Source: Octopus sinensis
Taxonomy: Eukaryota
Assembly (NCBI RefSeq): GCF_006345805.1
Contig: NC_042997.1
Coordinates: 186,001-250,000 of the forward strand
Length of the DNA: 64,000 nt
Direction: 5' to 3'
Position numbers and translations under genes: made by a program. How positions within the stretch are numbered: position 1 is the stretch's first letter; every line of letters begins with the position of its first letter. Shown one piece after another: positions 55,975-64,000 of the stretch. A model generated the notes under the pieces. That model had not been told where the DNA came from and ran no database searches. It saw only the letters and a list, made by a program, of their open reading frames with translations.

Positions 55975-58240
55975 TTGTAATGGATCCTCTCATAGACGAG
56001 GCCCTCATAGTATTTGTGTGTGGCCAATTAGTCCACATTCGAAAGAATTGCAAGGAAAGGAAGAGGAGGAAGAGAAGAAAGAAGAAAAAGAGGAAAAGGA
56101 AAACGAAAAAGAAGAAAAAACAAACAAAAGAAAAATACAATCAGCAACTCAACCGAGAGCGGCGACTACTACAGATCAACAACAAAAAAAAAACAGCAGA
56201 AGAAAAAAAAAGAGGAAAAAGGCATATTAACGATATATACTAAAGATACCGAGCTAACGTGACACATTCAATTGTTAAAGACTGCAAAAAAAAAAAAATT
56301 GATAACATTTCGGAGAAATTTACCAACCATCATGTGTATGAAGTCCGAAATAAGACTTAGAATTTTACAGAACAAATATCCTAAGGCAGTTTCTACAATG
56401 AGAATGAACTTTAGTAATTCTATATTTAATGGATTACCGGCCCCGATCCCGCGAGAGGAAGAAAAGAAAAAGGTGGAGACTTCCCCTCCACCTGATAATT
56501 CAAATTGAAAGGGTAAAAAAACGTTATGGTTATTCACATTGGTTCCTTGAATGTACGTGGCCTAATGTCGAGCTGGAAGCAAGGACCCTTCCCAAATGAC
56601 ATCAGGTAGCGGGATTTAGAGGTAATTGTTGCTGTGGAAACCAAGTTAAGAGGGCCAAGAGAGGTCACAAGAAATACGCTTTTCCGTGTCGGACGGGAGG
56701 TAGGAGTGGGTTGTTGGTCCTATTAAAAAGGAACAGGGTTTACGAGAAAAAGTTGTTTTTTTCTGATCCATAAGGCAAGCTGGTCATTCTGTACTTGACT
56801 TTAAGTTGCGGCAAGACAGGCTGGTTGCAATTTATGCACCCAAACTTATTAGTCCACAAAGTGACTATTTTCGTGACCTAGGGAGATTTCTAGCCATGTC
56901 GCATTCTTTAGTTCTGTTAGGAGACTTTAACACTATCTGTGATGCGCGCTTAGATTGTGTTGGCTCGAGACCGGATCGGACATGTAACCCTGGCTTTCAG
57001 GATCTGCTAAGCTATTTCCAGCTGGCAGACCCATATAGGTTGCAACACTCGGATGCTCCGTTGTGGACATGGTTAAACAGCGACGGGTCTTCCTGATCAT
57101 ATTTAGATAGGATTTTGATTAGAAATGTAGATAAGAGTATAGGTAAGTGTTTTAACAGTTTTATCCAGTCAGCTACAGTGACCACAACATGGTTACATGT
57201 AAGCTGAACGTAGATAAGATGCATAGAAATGGATCTGGCTACTGGAAACTCAATACATCCCTTTTGGCGATGGAGTAGTACAGACAGCGGATTAAGCAGT
57301 TAATTCAGAGGACGTTGACAGGTACCATCATTAATAACAAATGGCGGTACGCCCTAAAACGAGCCATAAAATATGAGTCTATTAGATATAACATAGGCCT
57401 AGTTAAAAGGGAACGTAAGAAAGGAAATGGTCTAGTTAATAATTTAGAGGAAGCCATGAGGACTGGCAAGTGAAGGTGAAGAAACTGGAATTGAGCCAGC
57501 ACCTCGAAGCCCAACACATGGGGTGCATTATCAGAGCTAAAATGCGCGCAATGGTCTCGGTAGATTCAACTTGACAGCCTGTTCCTTCGTACTTTCGGGT
57601 TGACGTCGTTGGATAATTTCCAAAAGTCCTTGACCTGGTAATTTTACAGAAGTGCCTTGTCCGTTTAGGATAAGCTTGCACGACATGGTGAACGCCAATC
57701 CTCGACATGTCCAAGATGTGCGCGGGATAGAGAAACCGTCCCGGAAGTATCGGAAATGTGGGCTAATGCGGAACATCTGTTGTCTGGCACAGGGAGAGTA
57801 CAGCTGTCGGCTGACACAATCATAAAAATTGACCCACCTGGATTTTTAACAAATGAAGGTAAAAATTGCTTTCTCATCGTAGTAGCAATAGCGAAAGAGG
57901 AGGTGTGGACGACAAGGATGAAAGCAGTCAAAGCAGGCAGCTTTATCTCCGGCTGCGCCTTACAAGGGTATTTCCCTTTTCACCTGAAAAGGTAAGTGTA
58001 GCTGGAGTAGAGGTGTCTGTCGGAGAAAACTTTCAACGAAAGATGGAAGTATGTAGCATGAGTGTTACGAGTGAATGGAACCTCGTGAATATGCTATAAA
58101 GTGTGAAAAAGTATCAGTGGTGGGGCTGAACTCAAACACCACTCTATTTGTATTGTCCGTTTGTAATGTATAAAAGTTCGTTTACATATGCTTTAATTTT
58201 TAACTTCATTTTCATTGTAATTACATATCGAAAATCTGAC
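55975..58240 (+). mobile_element. L1/Tx1-like LINE relic: ORF1 knuckle, APE endonuclease and C-terminal zinc region, RT absent
   Basis: FVCGQLVHIRKNC; IGSLNVRGL, RLVAIYAP, LVLLGDFNTI, WTW...YLDRILI, GYWKLNTSLL; jumps at about 57550 to TCPRCARDRETV...WANAEHLL. Confidence 0.9.
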
Positions 58241-58249
58241 CCCAAATCA

Positions 58250-59640
58250 GATTGTACTGTCCTCATCTCTGTCGGCCTCTAGCGAAATATTTCACAGTCT
58301 TTAAAATAAATCACGACTTACCACTTCATCTTCTCCTTTTCGTCCACATAATTCACCACCGAGGCGCGAGGTTCAACATCCACCTCCGGCCCCACTGGAT
58401 TCACTCTTTCATAATCTTTCAATTTTTAAATTCTTTTAACTTTGAGGTGTCCTATATTTCATTATAAACCTTACTTCTGTTTGTGTCTTGCGTGTTTCTG
58501 TTTTTTGCCTCTGTATTTCCGTAATTCTTGGCTTTCCTGTGATTGTGTCTGTGTGTTTGTGTGTCTGTGTGTTCGTTTGACTGCAATTCTGAGTGTTTCG
58601 TCTGTACGTCTATGTTTTTAGGTTTCCGTAATTCTGAATTATCTCGTTTCTGTTCGACTACACCTCCGTGAGTTTGTATGTCTGTGTGTTTGAATGTCTG
58701 TGGGTTTGAATGTTTCTGTACTTGTAAGTCCTTTACTGGTTATCCTACTGGTTATCCGACTGTTTCTTGTCGTAGGTTGAGTTACCTCTTCCGTTGCTTT
58801 GTACCTCTTCAATTCCACTATCGTTGGTGACTTCCTCCTATCTATTTTTCTTGCTTTCACCTCCGCAAAATTCCCGTCTTGTTCTGTTATCTGTTTCTGA
58901 TGTTTCTCCACTATTATATTCTCCTGAATACTCTCCTCTACAATTTCCATTGCTCTAGGCCCTTTCTTTCTCAAGTGCCCTCTTTCACCATATTCGTAAC
59001 ACTTTGGGGGTCTCCTCTCCAACATTATCTGCAACGAAAGTTTCAGGTATTTCGTTGTAATATTTCAGGCTCCCTGCACTAATTATCTCTAATCCGTTGC
59101 CCCAGCACTTCACTTGTTGGTTTCGGCTTATCATGCCCATCTTCACGTCTTGGCTTTCCTTCCTTATCATCTTCGAATAAAAAATCGCCGCTATTATCCA
59201 CTCTGAATCTATCGACGGTGGGATTCCCCCCACCTTAATTCTTACCATTCATTTATCCAAACAGTTCGGCATCAATGTCCATTCCTCTCTCTGTATCATC
59301 CTCTTGGCAGTTTCTTCAGCCCCCTCTACTGATACAAAGGTTACCACCATAGACGCATATCTCTTTCCTCTCGTAAAGAACACTATGCTGTCTCCTGTAT
59401 GTCTTTACAAAATTTATTCTATTTCTTCCGGCGGCGAGTGTTTAATTCTTCTGTTTATATTTGAAAATGTTCTGAATGTGATCGTCTTTTTTCCATTTTC
59501 GCTTTTTCCTCCTCTATTAGCGTCAGTTTTATATTTGACTCTTCGTTCTCTACCATAATACTATATTTCTCTATTAGCTCTGCATTCCACTATACCATCT
59601 CGTGTTTCGGCACACTTGGGTCTAGGGAAACTCGACCTCC
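58250..59640 (-). mobile_element. LINE ORF1 (gag-like) relic with zinc knuckle
   Basis: VRIKVGGIPPSIDSEWIIAAI...; RRPPKCYEYGERGHLRKKGP (degenerate CX2CX4HX4C). Confidence 0.7.
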
Positions 59641-59914
59641 AGTATATTGTGCATAACTTTTCATTTTTCTCAATTATTCATTACCACCCAACAACGTGGC
59701 TTTGCACAAAAAAGTCGGCTACAGTTCTTCAAAAAACAACAAAAACGTGGGTTGGTGGCTGTCGATGCTTATTCGCCTCTGAAAACTTATAGAATGTCAA
59801 GTGAAATACATTCACTGATGTACAAAATTAGAAATATTGCATTTCTAAATCTCTCACAGAGACCTATACAGTCTCTCACAGAGACTTATACAGTCTCTCT
59901 CTGAGCACGATAAA

Positions 59915-59995
59915 GTGATGGTTTGTTGCCAACTCAATGTGGCAGTCCCAGGAAAGGGAAGAATGCAATTGCTATTTAGCCCCAGGAAACACAGT
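59915..59995 (-). repeat. Second copy of the repeat at 52613-52690
   Basis: gatggtttgttgccaa...cccaggaaagggaagaatgc...tgctatttagcccca in both places. Confidence 0.85.
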
Positions 59996-60569
59996 GCTGC
60001 TACTGTATAAGTCTTTCTGAGTGAGCTTTATGTGTGCATATATTCGTTTGTGTGTGCGTGTTTGTCATACAATCAACTATTAAAACGCTGGATAAGATCG
60101 ATAGTTAGTTAATAAGGTAGGTAAATGAATAAGAAAGAATAGCACATGAAGAGTCTGAACGAATGGTGATGTGCGGACATACGTGTTAAATTCTGAAGCC
60201 GATTATAGGAGTATAATATGAAGTACGGACGTTATTTTATTAAATGTTTTGCCGGAAAGTGGTATGGAGGTACTTTTGTCTGTGTTTGTTGTATTTCGGA
60301 CCAGTTTCGCGACATGAAATTCCCTTCGAGATTATATATCCCTGATCGATTCGGATTAGGCATCTTATTATGCTTCATTATTCTTCTTTTATCACCAGTG
60401 AATAAATTACAATTTTGCTGCCTTCCCTGAACAATCTAGATCATTATAATGTTTTCCCCCTGACAAAATAAATTAGGTGTCAATTCATTCAGTAACCAAA
60501 TACAGCAGGTGATTTTTGGTGCGCGTTACATTTCAAACTTCCTCAAATTACCTAAGGGATTAAAATCTC

Positions 60570-60750
60570 TGTCTCTCTCTTTCTCTTCACGTGCCATTCA
60601 GAAGTAGGTATTGACTATCAGATTTCTATGCCTATGTCTGAAGATTGTTTTTCTGTTGACCACTACTGGTTTCTTTACAGTTCATTGTAATAATCTCCTA
60701 TTTTCCTGAGCTTACGTTTGAGGCATAGAGTCTATTTACTCCTCATGCAG
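60570..60750 (-). mobile_element. Family E retroposon 3' tail ending in (GA)n
   Basis: Inverted homolog of 62668-62900. Confidence 0.7.
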
Positions 60751-61364
60751 AGGGACTGGTTCACGTGATATCTGATGATGCCCATAAGACCCTTATTTGG
60801 GTTTCAGTTCACTTCTGAATGCTGTGTACTTTAATCACAACTTGAGTCTTTGGCAGGTACTATCGCTGCTGGCCAAAGTGAACCTAGGAGTAGTAGTGGC
60901 TAAGGCGTAACTCCGCAAAACTTCTGGAATCCCGAGCTGGAGTCTCAATATCATATCCAGCATAATGTTTGTAAGAGCTATAATGTTTCGCAAATTTTCT
61001 TTCACGCATCCTTATATATCGCATGATAGTATTGTCTTGATTGGAATTTTATTGCTAACATTCTGTTAGAGAGGTAATCTCTTCAATATAGAGGTGGATT
61101 GCTGAGTAAGCAAAAACAGCTTTCCTTAGGTTGCGAGTTTGTATGAAAATGACGTCTTTCATGTTTGTGTTACGATTATATGTTAGTTTCCTACATAATT
61201 GGCTGAAACAGGTAATACTTGCCAATTTGAGGAACATTTTAGCTATATAACATTTTACATTAAGCGAGTAGGATTGAGAGAACCAGATGATGTTACATTT
61301 ATCCATTCCCACTCATGCTAATATCGATCTATATTTCTTACCACCTATTTTATCTATTCATAAT

Positions 61365-61560
61365 CTTTCTTTCTTTCTTTCTTTCTTTCTTTATTTCTTT
61401 CTTTCATTCTTTCTTTCTTTCTTTCTCTCTCTCTCTCTCTCTTTCTTTCTTGCTTTGTTTGTTTGTTTCTTTCTTTCTTTCGTTCTTTCTTTCTTTCTTT
61501 TGTTGCATCGCTTTTACCTCTTTTCTTTCTTTCCTTCCACCTTTTTGCTTCGTTTTCTTC
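61365..61560. repeat. (TTTC)n / (TC)n polypyrimidine tract
   Basis: Directly visible. Confidence 0.95.
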
Positions 61561-62399
61561 CTCGTTAATATACCCCGCTCTCTCTTCCTTTTTTTTCTGG
61601 CTTTTTATCTTTCTTTGCGCTTTACTTTTATCTATCTTTATATCTACGTACCTTCCTCACATCCTGCATCATTCTGTCAGTTTTTCTTAAGTGAAGTGAG
61701 ATAAATTATTAGATGAGAATCTGAGTATTACGCCCTTTTCTCTTTCCATTTCTCCGACGTCTTCTGATTTATATAGAGAATGCATAAAACTTTTTATTCC
61801 AAAATTTCCACTTTCGTCCAAAGGGAAAGGAAACTGTGTTTTGAGTTCTAGAATAATCTGATGAATATATTATGAAATTATTACATAATCGCAAGAGTCT
61901 AGAGCCAACTACAGTGATATTCTCAGCGTTGATTGCATTGCATTATTAAATCACAGCAATGTCTTGTCGAGCTTTCTCATTTCTTATGCTTATAGGCGTA
62001 TTTTGCACACACATAAACACACGCATGTCCATATCCATGTATATATATTACAAACTGAAGATGGCTGAAGTTCTCAACTGTCGCTATTTGCACGGATAGT
62101 GTGGCGATTTATGAGTTCCAGAAGTTTTCAAATATTAAGTGTATGGTTTGTGGGGAGAGAGGCAGCTGTAACAATGGCATTGATGATATGTTATAGATTT
62201 TGGAAGTATATTGCAGAACAAAAAGTATTCGATTATCGCAGTTGTAACATGAACGGGTAGCCATACAGAATGATGCGTAATGATTGTAACGAAATGCGGA
62301 ATCGAATTTATATACGTTTCTTGCTTTTTCTGATTTTTTTTTACCGAGAACTCAATAAATGTACGTAGAGTCTGAGGAGATATATTCTATCTTTTTAAA

Positions 62400-62857
62400 T
62401 TTTACTTGTTTTCGTCTTTGAACTGCAAGCATGCTAGGGCAGCAACTTGAAGAATTCAGTTGAACAAATCGACCCCTCATTTTTTTAAAGCCTGGTAACT
62501 GCTCTATCGTGTCTTCTTGACGAACCGCTAAATTATGGGGACTTAAAACAAACGAGCAACGACTGTCATACGTTGGTAGGGGACGAACACAAACATAAAG
62601 ACACATATGGGTCTCATAGACCCTCCAGAGAATGGGTATGATTACAATGTGAGTATGGTGTGATATACTGTATGAGGAGTAAATGAGCTTTACTCCTCAA
62701 GAGTAAGCTTATGAAAAATAGGTTATTACAATGAACTGTAGAGAAATCAGCAGAGGTCAACGGAAAAACAAATCTGTTTCCCAAGAAAGCCATAAATCTT
62801 CAGGCTTAGGCAAGAACACCTATGATGATAGTCAACACCTGTTTGTGAAAGGCACAT

Positions 62858-62914
<57 letters not shown>

Positions 62915-63420
62915 ATTTTAATCCCTTAGCTAATTTAAAGAACTTTGAAATGTAACACACCTAAAAAAATCTCCTGCTATATTTGGTTTTTAAATGAGCC
63001 TATACCTATCTTATTTTGTCAGTGGGAAAACATTCTACTGATCCAGATTGTTCAGGAGAGGCAGCAAAATTGTAATTTAGCCGTGAAATACATGTGTCTA
63101 TATGTGGATGCCCTAATACACATATATACATACATGCATACATACATATATATTTATTCGCTTACATGTTTATGTGTGTATGTGTGCGAGCACACGTACG
63201 CACGCAGAAAGATACACTAACGCATAAACATACACACATACTCACACATATAAATGACGAGCTTCTATCAATTTCCATTTCCCAAACCCATTTAAAAAGC
63301 TTTAGTCGACCCAGGGTTATAATAGAAAACACTTCCATAAGATACCATATAGAAGGCCTGAACCGAAGTCCACATGATTGTGAAGCAAGTTTCTTAATTA
63401 CACAGCTCCACCTGCCCCTG
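62400..63420 (-). mobile_element. Degenerate SINE family A, split (tail 62400-62605, head 63255-63420)
   Basis: Both halves match the 1576-1996 element; a family E copy lies between them. Confidence 0.6.
62668..62915 (+). mobile_element. Family E retroposon 3' tail with (GA)n
   Basis: ttattacaatgaactgta.agaaa.cag.ag.ggtcaac.gaaaaacaa shared with the reverse complement of 60570-60750. Confidence 0.7.
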
Positions 63421-64000
63421 TACTCTTTTACTGAAAAGCAGAGCCCATCTACTGGGAAGCTTTATTTAAAATTACTAATGTATGAGAAATCAGGAGGATT
63501 TATGGAGACGTGTTTGTAGACGGTTGAGAGATCTGAACAACGCTTATAACTTGCAGTTGATGATATATTGCACGATACCTGCAATCATATAATACACAAG
63601 TAGTCATAGAATACCAATACCAATCTGAGGACCACACTGTGGCCTCCACCATAGAGTGACGTTTCTTATGGGGTAGAAGAGTCAGTATCTTTTTATAAAT
63701 ATAAACGTTGGTGTTTTAGACACTTTTTTTTAGGAAGTATTGGTTTATTGCTTGAATGAAAGCTGTTTTGTATATCATCGGCATAAAAGAAAAAAGGAAT
63801 TTAAATATCTGTTCCTAAATGCGTATATTTCAGTTATTTTGATAAAACCCCATGAAAACGTATTGCTATAACTATCCACACTAACTTCATCGTCTGACGT
63901 TGATTGAGTTTATTGATTGCACCGATGAAGATTACAAATCTGTTCGCTTATGTGTGTGATTCTATGGATGCAAACATTCTGTTTACACTATCCGTTTAAG

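Noticed and set aside
60772-60810. ctgatga followed by a hairpin (also 3861, 8137, 63627)
   Set aside because: There is no correctly placed GAAA/UH, so these are not hammerheads.

Overview
Eukaryotic, AT-rich, microsatellite-dense non-coding DNA. It is most likely from a coleoid cephalopod (Octopus-like); this is inferred from memory of the tRNA-derived SINE families and the very dense (TA)n/(CA)n/(TATC)n/(TATG)n/(AAT)n tracts. No intact, recognisable protein-coding gene is visible, and most ORFs in the track are microsatellite translations. The window is a transposon graveyard: three tRNA-SINE families, decayed Tc1/mariner and maT (DD37D) transposons, MITEs, Helitron pieces, a BEL/Pao LTR remnant, a CR1-like LINE, L1/Tx1-like LINEs and Penelope-like elements (PLEs). 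The most notable observations are (1) an apparently intact minimal type-I hammerhead ribozyme motif at 52781-52819 (-) and a core-degenerate one at 8241-8280; (2) a SINE with one tRNA head and 1-4 tandem 184-bp bodies; (3) two L1/Tx1-like copies that both lack the RT core; (4) multi-level nested insertions; and (5) weak candidate minus-strand exons and an RFX X-box. All TE calls come from motif recognition by eye, with no database search, and boundaries are approximate unless TIRs or repeats are quoted. I found no convincing new biological system; the leads are reported with honest scores.
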